33,228 nucleotides of DNA from an uncultured Bacilli bacterium. GTDB taxonomy: Bacteria; Bacillota_I; Bacilli_A; RF39; UBA660. This document shows, in pieces, positions 7,401 through 16,825 of the stretch; position 1 is the stretch's first letter; the number at the start of each line of letters is the position of its first letter. The notes beneath the pieces were generated by a model. It was not told the DNA's origin, did no database searches, and saw only the letters and a list, made by a program, of their open reading frames with translations. A program made the position numbers and the translations under genes. Location of the stretch: NCBI GenBank assembly GCA_947628725.1, contig CANRAQ010000003.1, positions 1 through 33,228 of the forward strand. Direction: 5' to 3'.

Positions 7401-8957
7401 ATGAAAAAATTTAAATTACAAAAAAATAAAGTACTTGCTGTTATAGTGGCTGGAGTTATGTCTTCATCTGTTTTGGCTGCTTGTTCTAAAAAGAATGATG
7501 AAACTAAAAATATATCATCTAAGACTACAACTGTTGTTAGAAATGTAAATACTGCTCTTGATTTTTCATCAGATATATTATCTGGAGTAAATAAAGAAAA
7601 ACCAAGTAATGAAACAGGTAAATATGCAACTGAAAAACAAATATATTCAGAAATTAATACTAATATAGATACTAATTTTTCTGATTTAACAGAAAATATT
7701 AAGAAAAATACTTCTTTAATATTATTGTTAGATATATTTGCACCTGAAAATGAATATGGAAAAATAGATTCAAGTATAATATCAGAATTTAAATCAAGAA
7801 TAGATATTGATACTATGATGGAGGATTTCTATTCATTTGTTGCAACTGTAGAATCAGAAATTGAAGTAGAAGATAAATTTGTAAGAGTTAGTGATATTTT
7901 ACCAGATGTTAAATCTGATCAAAAACAAATATTATCTAAAATAGAAGATATTTGTTTAAATATTAAAAATCTTTCTAGCGACAGTAAAAATAGTTCAAAA
8001 ATTCAATCAGAGTTTAAGAAAATATATGATTTATTTGTAGATGAAGAAGAATTAGAAGTAGATGGATTAAGATTTAGTGTAAGAGATTTAGACTATGGAA
8101 ATAGAGCAGTTGCTGCTGCATATGCGCGTGCTGCATCATACTATGCTAGAAGTTATATTACAGATAAACAAATAAATGATATAGATAACAGAACTAATGA
8201 TCAAAATAATAAAGCACAAATAAAAATCATATTAGAAGTTTTAAATAATAGTATAATAGAAAAATCTACTGATGATGTTAATGAACAAATAAATACAAGC
8301 GTAAAAGAATTAGGAGAATTTGATTTAAATATATCAGATGACAATATAAAAAATATTATAAATATATTAAATATAGATTATTTAATGTCTGATAAAGTTT
8401 CTACAGTAGATGAAAGATCAATATTAGGTAAATATGATGATGAAGAAGTTAAAAGCGCTATAGATTCAATTACAGCTATATCATTACATAATATAAATAA
8501 TAAAGATAATTTAGTTATATGGTCTGAATTCTTAACTGATTCATATAAAACTACAGAACAAGGTAAGATAGATTCACTTGCACTTGATTATGTATTATTC
8601 AATACAGTAATGTTAAATAATACTGTTAAATCAGATGCATCTGACAATGAAATATTAAACAATCCATATTTTAAAAACTTAAAATTATATATATCTAAAC
8701 AAGATTTTGTTCAATCTGTAGAAAGAAATGGTAAAGTTGAAAATACACCAATTACATTTAAAAATATAGGTGAAGGAACAAAATTTGTATGTGATATTAT
8801 GGTTATAAGTGCATTAGCTAAATATCCTGAATTTAGTGATGCATACGGATTTACTGATGTCGCACAATCTAATTTTAATATTCAACTTCAACAATATCAA
8901 AATATAGTTATGGATGAATGTAAAAAAATAGATGACGAATATGTAATTATAAAATAA
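7401..8957 (+). CDS. Hypothetical lipoprotein
   Basis: ATG at 7401 after an AGGGGGG RBS. Basic N-terminus, hydrophobic stretch and lipobox LAA-C. No recognised domain. Confidence 0.75.
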   Translation: MKKFKLQKNKVLAVIVAGVMSSSVLAACSKKNDETKNISSKTTTVVRNVNTALDFSSDILSGVNKEKPSNETGKYATEKQIYSEINTNIDTNFSDLTENIKKNTSLILLLDIFAPENEYGKIDSSIISEFKSRIDIDTMMEDFYSFVATVESEIEVEDKFVRVSDILPDVKSDQKQILSKIEDICLNIKNLSSDSKNSSKIQSEFKKIYDLFVDEEELEVDGLRFSVRDLDYGNRAVAAAYARAASYYARSYITDKQINDIDNRTNDQNNKAQIKIILEVLNNSIIEKSTDDVNEQINTSVKELGEFDLNISDDNIKNIINILNIDYLMSDKVSTVDERSILGKYDDEEVKSAIDSITAISLHNINNKDNLVIWSEFLTDSYKTTEQGKIDSLALDYVLFNTVMLNNTVKSDASDNEILNNPYFKNLKLYISKQDFVQSVERNGKVENTPITFKNIGEGTKFVCDIMVISALAKYPEFSDAYGFTDVAQSNFNIQLQQYQNIVMDECKKIDDEYVIIK

Positions 8958-8976
8958 AGTTCTTATGAACTTTTTT
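8956..8976 (+). terminator. Rho-independent terminator
   Basis: AAAGTTC-TTAT-GAACTTT plus a T run. Confidence 0.55.
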
Positions 8977-9031
8977 CTTTTGTCTATACTAGAAATTATA
9001 AATTATGATATAATTAATTAGAGGTGATTAC

Positions 9032-10423
9032 ATGAAATTTTATAATACATTGACTAGAAAAATTGAAGATTTTAAACCAATCAAAAAAGATGAGGTAACA
9101 ATGTATACATGTGGGCCTACTGTGTATCATTATGCTCATATAGGTAATCTTAGAACTTATATAATGGAAGATATATTAGAAAAAACTTTAAATTATATAG
9201 GTTATAAAGTAAAAAGATGTATGAATATAACTGATGTAGGGCATCTTACTAGTGATGCAGATACTGGTGAAGATAAAATGCTTAAAGGTGCGAAAAGAGA
9301 ACATAAAACTGTTTTAGAGATTGCCAAATATTATACAAATGTGTTTAAAAGTGATTGTGATAAATTAAATATCAAATGGCCAGAAATCGTAGTACCTGCT
9401 ACATCATTAATAGATTATTATATAGAATTTATAAAAAATTTAGAAGATAAAGGTTATGCTTATTTTAAAGGTGGTAATGTATATTTTGATACATCAAAAT
9501 TAAGTGATTATTATGTACTTACTAATCATACAGAAGATTCATTAAAAGAAGCAGTAAGAGATGATGTCACGCTAGATGTAAATAAAAAAAATAAGACTGA
9601 TTTTGTTCTTTGGTTTACTAAATCTAAATTTGATTCACAAGAATTAAAGTGGGATTCACCTTGGGGTATTGGGTATCCAGGTTGGCATATAGAATGTTCA
9701 TGCATATCTTTAAAATATTTAGGTGAATATTTAGATATACACTGTGGTGGTGTAGATAATATATTTCCACATCATACAAATGAAATTGCTCAAACAGAAA
9801 GTTGTGTAGGACATAAATGGTGTAATTATTGGTTTCATCCAGAACACCTAAACGATTCATCAGGTAAAATGAGTAAATCTAATGATGAATTTTTAACGGT
9901 ATCTCTATTAGAACAAAAAGGGTATAATCCACTAGTATATAGATTATTTTGCCTGCAATCACATTATCATAAACAACTTGTATTTAGTTATGATTCACTT
10001 GATAGCGCTAAACAGACTTATAATAAACTTTTAACTAGAATTAAAGGTATAGAAAAAGATAATTCAAAAATAGATTATGAAGAAGCAAAGAAATACCAAG
10101 ATAAATTTAAAAATGAATTAGAAAATGATCTTAATACCTCTAATGCTTTGACAGTATTATATGATGTATTAAAAAGTGATTTAAATAATAATACTAAGTT
10201 ATATTTAATCGAAGATTTTGATAAAGTTTTAAGTTTAGATTTGCTAAAAAAAGAAAAAATAGATGATGAATTACTAAATTATATAAATTCTAAAATAGAA
10301 GAAAGAAATTTAGCAAAACTTAATAAAGATTATGAAAAAGCAGATAATATTAGAAAAGAATTAGAACAAAAAGGTATTATATTAAAAGATACTAGAGAAA
10401 AAACTATATTTGAAATAATATAG
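9032..10423 (+). CDS. cysS: Cysteine--tRNA ligase
   Basis: MYTCGPTVY, HIGN (HIGH), PGWHIECS, DIHCGG, FPHH, KMSKS. Confidence 0.97.
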   Translation: MKFYNTLTRKIEDFKPIKKDEVTMYTCGPTVYHYAHIGNLRTYIMEDILEKTLNYIGYKVKRCMNITDVGHLTSDADTGEDKMLKGAKREHKTVLEIAKYYTNVFKSDCDKLNIKWPEIVVPATSLIDYYIEFIKNLEDKGYAYFKGGNVYFDTSKLSDYYVLTNHTEDSLKEAVRDDVTLDVNKKNKTDFVLWFTKSKFDSQELKWDSPWGIGYPGWHIECSCISLKYLGEYLDIHCGGVDNIFPHHTNEIAQTESCVGHKWCNYWFHPEHLNDSSGKMSKSNDEFLTVSLLEQKGYNPLVYRLFCLQSHYHKQLVFSYDSLDSAKQTYNKLLTRIKGIEKDNSKIDYEEAKKYQDKFKNELENDLNTSNALTVLYDVLKSDLNNNTKLYLIEDFDKVLSLDLLKKEKIDDELLNYINSKIEERNLAKLNKDYEKADNIRKELEQKGIILKDTREKTIFEII

Positions 10424-10473
10424 TTTTTCTTGTAAAAATATAAAAAATATTATAAAATAATAATGGTGATAAG

Positions 10474-11379
10474 ATGAATAATAAGGTTGTAATAATTGGT
10501 TGTGGTAATGTTGGTATGAGTTATGCATATGCAATTTTTAATCAAAGAACATATGTAAACGAATTAGTGCTTATAGATATAAATAAAGAAAAAGTAGAAG
10601 GAGAAGTAATGGATTTAAATCATTGTCTTGCATATAGTCCTTCTAAAATAAATGTAAAACTTGGTGATTATAGTGATTGTAAAGATGCTAAAATAGTAGT
10701 AATTGCCGCAGGTGCTAATCAAAATGTTGGAGAAACTAGAATGGATTTAATAAGGAAAAATAGTTCTATTTTTGAATCTATAGTTACTAGTGTAATGAAA
10801 AGTGGATTTGATGGAATATTTTTAGTTGCTACAAATCCTTTAGATGTAATGACTTATTTAACTTATAAATATTCTAATTTACCTCATAATAGAGTTTTAG
10901 GAACAGGTACTACACTTGATACTGCGCGTTTAAAATATATTATAAGTGATAAAGTAGGTGTTAGCCCAAAAGATATAAATGCATATGTTATGGGTGAACA
11001 TGGTGATTCAGAATTTGTACCTTGGAGTAATGCTAATATTGCATTAAAAAGAATAAATTCATATCTAACTGAAGAAGATAAAATTAAAATAGAAGAAGAA
11101 GTACGAAATTCTGCATATGAAATAATAAAGAAAAAAGGTGCTACATACTATGGTATAGGTATGTGTCTTGTTAGAATAACTAATGCTATATTAGGTGATG
11201 AAAATGTAATACTATCTGTGTCTTCATATGATGAGAACAACGATATATATATTTCTACACCTGCTATAGTAAATAAAAATGGTGTTAAAAGTAAAATATA
11301 TGTACCTTTTAATGAAAGTGAAACAGAAAAAATTAAAAATTCTATAAAAGTAATTAAAGAAGCTATAGATAGTCTATAG
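10474..11379 (+). CDS. ldh: L-lactate dehydrogenase
   Basis: IIGCGNVG Rossmann motif, AGANQNVGETRMDL, TNPLD, GTTLDTAR, GEHGDS, KGATYYGIG. Confidence 0.95.
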   Translation: MNNKVVIIGCGNVGMSYAYAIFNQRTYVNELVLIDINKEKVEGEVMDLNHCLAYSPSKINVKLGDYSDCKDAKIVVIAAGANQNVGETRMDLIRKNSSIFESIVTSVMKSGFDGIFLVATNPLDVMTYLTYKYSNLPHNRVLGTGTTLDTARLKYIISDKVGVSPKDINAYVMGEHGDSEFVPWSNANIALKRINSYLTEEDKIKIEEEVRNSAYEIIKKKGATYYGIGMCLVRITNAILGDENVILSVSSYDENNDIYISTPAIVNKNGVKSKIYVPFNESETEKIKNSIKVIKEAIDSL

Positions 11380-11432
11380 TTTTTTCTTGTCCTATTTGTA
11401 ATTTTATCGAATAAAATTTATAGAGGGATAAA

Positions 11433-12425
11433 ATGACAATATTAATTAAATCAGTACTTGTAATGATGCTTAGTTTAATTATATCAATATGTATAGGTAT
11501 ACTGATAATACCTATGTTAAAAAAATTAAAGGCAAGTCAAAGGTTAAGTATATATTTACAAGATAAACATAAAGGAAAAGTTGGTACTCCTACTATGGGT
11601 GGATTAATATTTATATTACCAACTATATTAGTTATGTTGTTTATGTATTTATATAATAAAATTGAGTTAAATACGACTATAATTATAGTTATGTTTACAT
11701 TTTTGGCATATTCATTAATAGGATTTATAGATGATTTTTTAATTATAAAAAGAAAAAATAATAATGGTCTTAGTGAAAGTAGTAAATTTATATTACAGGT
11801 CGTAGTAGCAATAATATTTTTTTATCTATTTATGTTGAGTGGTAATGAACCTTTATTATGGGTTCATACTTTAGGAATAAAACTAGATATAGGCTTTTTA
11901 TATGGATTATTTATATTACTTGTATTAGTTGCAAGTAGTAATGCGGTAAATATAACTGATGGATTAGATGGACTTGCAGGTAGTTTATCTTTTATAGCAT
12001 TCTTAACTTTAGGAATAATTAGTTATAATACAGGTTGGTTAGAAGGATACGAAGAAGTAGCATTATTTTGCTTTTCTATTTCAGGTTCGTTAATAGGATT
12101 TTTAATGTTTAATTTAAATCCTGCTAAAGTATTTATGGGGGATACTGGTTCACTTGCACTTGGAGCAACTATGGGAAGTATAGCAATATTAACGAGACAT
12201 GAATTACTATTAGTATTGATAGGAATAGTATTTGTTATAGAAACTTTAACATGTATAATACAAAGGGTATATTATAAATTTACACATAAAAGATTATTTT
12301 TAATGACTCCAATACATCATAGTTTTGAAAAAAAGGGGTATAATGAAAGAGATATAGTAAAAATATTTTGTTTAGTTGGAATACTTTCAAGTATGTTTGC
12401 ACTCATATTTGGAGTAATCCTTTAA
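11433..12425 (+). CDS. mraY: Phospho-N-acetylmuramoyl-pentapeptide transferase
   Basis: GTPTMGG, IGFIDD, SNAVNITDGLDGLA, PAKVFMGDTGSLALG, PIHHSFE. Confidence 0.95.
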   Translation: MTILIKSVLVMMLSLIISICIGILIIPMLKKLKASQRLSIYLQDKHKGKVGTPTMGGLIFILPTILVMLFMYLYNKIELNTTIIIVMFTFLAYSLIGFIDDFLIIKRKNNNGLSESSKFILQVVVAIIFFYLFMLSGNEPLLWVHTLGIKLDIGFLYGLFILLVLVASSNAVNITDGLDGLAGSLSFIAFLTLGIISYNTGWLEGYEEVALFCFSISGSLIGFLMFNLNPAKVFMGDTGSLALGATMGSIAILTRHELLLVLIGIVFVIETLTCIIQRVYYKFTHKRLFLMTPIHHSFEKKGYNERDIVKIFCLVGILSSMFALIFGVIL

Positions 12426-12508
12426 ATTTATTACTTTATTAATTACTTGTAATTTTATATAAAATATTGTAAAATAATATTGCATTAACCTTGAACGGAG
12501 GAAAAAAT

Positions 12509-14125
12509 ATGAAAAGAGATATACTAATAGGAGGAGCATGGCCATACGCTAATTATTATTTACATGTAGGACATTTAGCAGCATTATTACCTGGTGATGT
12601 TTTAGCAAGATATTATAGAGGTAAAGGGGATAATGTAATATATGTATCTGGATCTGATTGCCATGGTACACCAATAACACAAAGGGCACAAAAAGAAGGA
12701 GTAAAACCATCAGATATAGCTAATCATTATCATGAAGAATTTACTAAAATATTTTCAAGATTAGGTTTTGAATACGATAAATATTCAAGCACTATGTCAG
12801 AACATCATAAACAATATGTTAAAGATGTCTTCCTTAGATTAATTAAAAATGGTTACATATATGAAAAAGAAGAAGAACAAGATTATTGTTTAAATTGTTC
12901 AAAATTCTTATCAGATAGAGAAATAGTAGGAAAATGCCCTCATTGTGGTGGAGAAAGCACAGGAGAACAATGTGATAACTGTCTTGCATCATTAGATACT
13001 AAAGATGTTTTAGATAAACATTGTAAGGAATGTGGAAATAGTACAGTCTTAAAAAAGAATAAACATCTATATTTTAAATTAACAGAATTTAAAGATGAAT
13101 TACAAAAATTAATAGATGATAGAAAAACTAAATGGAGAAAAAACGCTGTTGGTGAATCACAAAAATATATAGAAATGGGTTTAGTAGATAGAGCAGTAAC
13201 TAGACAACTAGATTGGGGAATTGAAGTACCTGTAGATAATTATCAAGATAAAAGAATTTATGTATGGATAGAAGCAGTTTTAGGATATTTATCTGTTGCT
13301 AAAGAAGTAGCAGAATCAAGAGGTATCAATTTTGATGAATTTTTATCCGATAAAAATAAAAACTTAAGGACATATTATGTACATGGAAAAGATAATATAC
13401 CTTTTCATACAATAATACTTTCAGCACTATTATGTGGTTTAAAATTAGACTATAGATTACCAGATTATATCATATCAAGTGCATATGTAAACTTAAATGA
13501 TGAAAAAATGTCAAAAAGTAAAGGTAATTTATTAACTGCAGATGAACTTTTACAAATGTTTGATAGAGATACATTAAGATTTTATTTCATGTTCTATGGT
13601 CCAGAAACAAAAGATACAAATTGTTCTATAGATGATATTATACAAATGCATAATAAATTTTTAGTTGGAGTATTAGGTAATTTTGTAAATAGAAATTTAT
13701 CTTTTATAGAAAAGAAATTTGATGGACTAATAAAAGAAGGAAATATAGATAAAGATATAATTGAATATACTAAAAAAACCTATGATATAGTTGGCGATTC
13801 AATAGAAAAAGGTGAATTTAAAAATGCATTAAACTGTATAGTAGAATATATTAGTGCAGGAAATAAATATTATGATGAAAAACAACCATGGATACAAGTT
13901 AAAGAAGATATTAATGCATTTAACGATACAACATATACTTGTGTATACATGATGAGCAATATAGCAAACTTAATAAATCCATTTATACCAGATACTTCTA
14001 AAAAAATAAAAGACATATTATCTTTAGAAGACTATAAATGGGAACCTACTAAATTAAGTGGTGATATAAAGATAAAAAATCTATCTTTATTATTTGAAAG
14101 AATAGAAGATAAAAATAAAAAATAA
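12509..14125 (+). CDS. metG: Methionine--tRNA ligase, MetRS2-type, short form
   Basis: GGAWPYAN..LHVGH, SGSDCHGTP, four CxxC motifs, YVWIEA, GKDNIPFH, KMSKS. ATG at 12509 after GGAGG. Confidence 0.95.
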   Translation: MKRDILIGGAWPYANYYLHVGHLAALLPGDVLARYYRGKGDNVIYVSGSDCHGTPITQRAQKEGVKPSDIANHYHEEFTKIFSRLGFEYDKYSSTMSEHHKQYVKDVFLRLIKNGYIYEKEEEQDYCLNCSKFLSDREIVGKCPHCGGESTGEQCDNCLASLDTKDVLDKHCKECGNSTVLKKNKHLYFKLTEFKDELQKLIDDRKTKWRKNAVGESQKYIEMGLVDRAVTRQLDWGIEVPVDNYQDKRIYVWIEAVLGYLSVAKEVAESRGINFDEFLSDKNKNLRTYYVHGKDNIPFHTIILSALLCGLKLDYRLPDYIISSAYVNLNDEKMSKSKGNLLTADELLQMFDRDTLRFYFMFYGPETKDTNCSIDDIIQMHNKFLVGVLGNFVNRNLSFIEKKFDGLIKEGNIDKDIIEYTKKTYDIVGDSIEKGEFKNALNCIVEYISAGNKYYDEKQPWIQVKEDINAFNDTTYTCVYMMSNIANLINPFIPDTSKKIKDILSLEDYKWEPTKLSGDIKIKNLSLLFERIEDKNKK

Positions 14126-14135
14126 GATTTTTTTC

Positions 14136-14723
14136 TTATTTTTTTTCTAAATCACTTAAATTTATACCAAAACTTTGTAAATGTTTATATATAGTCTCAA
14201 CAGGTACTCCTAATATATTATAGTAACTTCCATCAATTTTTTCTATAAAATTAGACATTACAGTTTCAATAACAAAACCTGATGCATACATCTTATTAGG
14301 CTCGTTTTGTATATAATATTCTATATCGCAATCTTCAATTTTTCTTAAAACTACCTTTGTTTTTGCATAGTCATTAATAACTTCATCAGTATTTTTATTT
14401 ATGAGTGCTACACCAGTTACAACATATGTAGTATTATTAGAACATAATTTTATAAATTTTCTTACTTCATCTAAATCTTTAGGTTTTTCTAATATTTGAT
14501 TATTAGTATAAACAACAGTATCAAGTCCAAGAATAATACCACTATCTACTTTATCTTTTACACTAAGTGCCTTACCTAAAGCTAAATCTTTTACATATTT
14601 ATATACATCATTAAAATTAGGTGATACTTCTTCAAAGTTACTTTCTATTAAAAAATGATTTAACTTAACTGTATTTAAAATATCACTTTTAAATTTAGAT
14701 GTACTTGCTAAAGTTAATTTCAT
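14136..14723 (-). CDS. maf: Maf-family nucleoside triphosphate pyrophosphatase
   Basis: LTLASTS, LALGKA, GLDTVV, LEKP, IEKIDGSYYNILGVP. ATG at 14723 with a GAGGTG RBS. Confidence 0.85.
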   Translation of the reverse strand: MKLTLASTSKFKSDILNTVKLNHFLIESNFEEVSPNFNDVYKYVKDLALGKALSVKDKVDSGIILGLDTVVYTNNQILEKPKDLDEVRKFIKLCSNNTTYVVTGVALINKNTDEVINDYAKTKVVLRKIEDCDIEYYIQNEPNKMYASGFVIETVMSNFIEKIDGSYYNILGVPVETIYKHLQSFGINLSDLEKK

Positions 14724-14993
14724 ATTTGAACACCTCAATATGATTATATATTAGTTTAATTTATAAATCAAATAGTTAATAAAATACATTTAATACCTAA
14801 AAATAGGCATTTCAAGCATATTACCTTGAAATAATTAATTATAATGGTATTTTATACTCAATATAATTTTCATTTTACTATGATTATTTTATATTATATT
14901 ATTGATAAACAGTATTTTAGTTTATCTTTTTTTATAATATTACTTGAAAATTATATTTAAAATATGTTAAAATTTAATTGTAATAATCATATA

Positions 14994-15033
14994 TACATAT
15001 AGTATTGACAAATAGTATATGTAATGGTATTAT
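14994..15033 (+). promoter_or_regulatory. sigmaA promoter overlapped by a 30-bp palindromic operator
   Basis: TTGACA(15005)-17 nt-TATTAT(15028). TACATATAGTATT-GACA-AATAGTATATGTA is a 12/13 inverted repeat. Confidence 0.65.
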
Positions 15034-15063
15034 AAAATCAATTTTGATTGGGGGAAGAGAAAT

Positions 15064-16770
15064 ATGGAAGATAAATTTAAAAAAGTTAGCCAATATGATT
15101 TTATGTATGAGAATTCGAAAAAATATTCAGGTAAAGTTGCAATTACTTATCAAGTACCAGACATTGGAAAAACCGTAGAAATAACTTACGAAGAGATGTA
15201 TGAAAAAATTGATCAGTATGCAAGAGCTTTATCTAAATATGGTTTAAAAAAGGGGGATAAGGTAGCAACCTGTGTTTTTAATACACCTGAAGGGATTTAT
15301 TTAATATATGCATTGAATAAAATTGGTGTAATAAATATTGGACTTAGTCCACTAAATAATCCTGAAGAAATGAGAAAAGATTTGCTAATTTCTAATCCTG
15401 ATTTAATTATTACAATGGATACTTTTTATCCTTTATTTAAAGACGATTCAAAAATTTTTAATATGTTAGTATTTACTCCTGTTGATTCTTACAATAAAAT
15501 TATTAGAGCGGGGTATGATTTAAAAGTAGGAAAAAAGTATGGGATAGATAGTAATTTAAAACTGAGTTCTATTGTAAATAAATGGAAAAATTATGAAACA
15601 TTGTTTGAAATAGTTGATAGAGATCAAACATCAGATGTTTTATTTACTAGTGGTTCGACTGGAATACATAAAGGTGTTGAATTAACGAATGAAAACTTTA
15701 ACGAATCTGTTATTGGTATGACTGAAATATACAAAGGGGATATATCTCCTTGGAAAACTCATTTAATTCAGATACCTATAGGTCATATGACATATGGAAG
15801 AGCTATTTTACACTATGCATTAAGTCAAGGAATGAATGCTGCTCTTTCGACTAAGCCATCACCTGCAGATTTTTATGAAGAACTTATTAGGACAAAGGCA
15901 AATGATTGCGCAGGAGGTCCACCACATTTTAGATCCTTTATAATTGAAGAAAATGGTAAACTTATAACAAATCCAAAGTTAAAACCAGGATCTTTAAGTG
16001 AATTAAAATTTGCAACTTCAGGCGGAGAGGAACAAAGAATTAGAGATTTAGAAGCAATTAATAAAGCATTTGAGTATTGTGGTAGTACTGCAAAACTTGG
16101 TAACGGGTTAGGCGCTACTGAAGCTACAGGGCCATTTATAGTAAATAATGGAAGTAAGGGATTTAAAGCAATACTTGGCGTTCCAATACCTAGTATTAAA
16201 ACTAAGTTAGTCAATCCAGAAACTGGAAATATAGAAGAAAAACAAGGGGAACTTCATATATCAGGACCAATAGTAATGAAGGGTTATTTTGAAAACAAGG
16301 AAGAAACAGATAAAGTTTTGTACTATGACAATAATGGAGTTAAGTGGTTTAAAACTGGAGATGTTGTTTCATTAGATGAAAATAGATTTTCTTATGTAAG
16401 TAGGCTTAAAAGAAATTATGTTTGTGACATTACAAATGTGTATCCAGAACAAATCGAATTAATCCTTGAATCTATTCCAGAAATCAGGGAAGCAGTAGTA
16501 GTTCCAGTGCCAGATGACGACAGACAATTTGTATCAAAATATTATATATCATTATATGATATGAATTGCGTTAATAAAGACTTTGAAGACAAAATATGTT
16601 CTTTAGTCGAGAATAAACTTAATTGTAGTAATTTACCTGGTTATATAGAATATACTGATAAACCTCTTGTTAGAAATGGAAGCACAAAGAAAGATATAAA
16701 ATATTATAGGCAAGATGCTTTAAAAGAACTTGATAAAAATAAACAAAAAAATTTAAAAAGAAATGATTAA
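15064..16770 (+). CDS. Class I adenylate-forming enzyme (acyl-CoA synthetase-like)
   Basis: LFTSGSTGIHKGV, GLGATEA, GELHISGPIVMKGY, WFKTGD, NVYPEQIE. Confidence 0.9.
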   Translation: MEDKFKKVSQYDFMYENSKKYSGKVAITYQVPDIGKTVEITYEEMYEKIDQYARALSKYGLKKGDKVATCVFNTPEGIYLIYALNKIGVINIGLSPLNNPEEMRKDLLISNPDLIITMDTFYPLFKDDSKIFNMLVFTPVDSYNKIIRAGYDLKVGKKYGIDSNLKLSSIVNKWKNYETLFEIVDRDQTSDVLFTSGSTGIHKGVELTNENFNESVIGMTEIYKGDISPWKTHLIQIPIGHMTYGRAILHYALSQGMNAALSTKPSPADFYEELIRTKANDCAGGPPHFRSFIIEENGKLITNPKLKPGSLSELKFATSGGEEQRIRDLEAINKAFEYCGSTAKLGNGLGATEATGPFIVNNGSKGFKAILGVPIPSIKTKLVNPETGNIEEKQGELHISGPIVMKGYFENKEETDKVLYYDNNGVKWFKTGDVVSLDENRFSYVSRLKRNYVCDITNVYPEQIELILESIPEIREAVVVPVPDDDRQFVSKYYISLYDMNCVNKDFEDKICSLVENKLNCSNLPGYIEYTDKPLVRNGSTKKDIKYYRQDALKELDKNKQKNLKRND

Positions 16771-16825
16771 AGAGTGACATTTCTTTTCTTTTTTGATATA
16801 ATTTATAAAGAGTAGGTGGTTGTTA

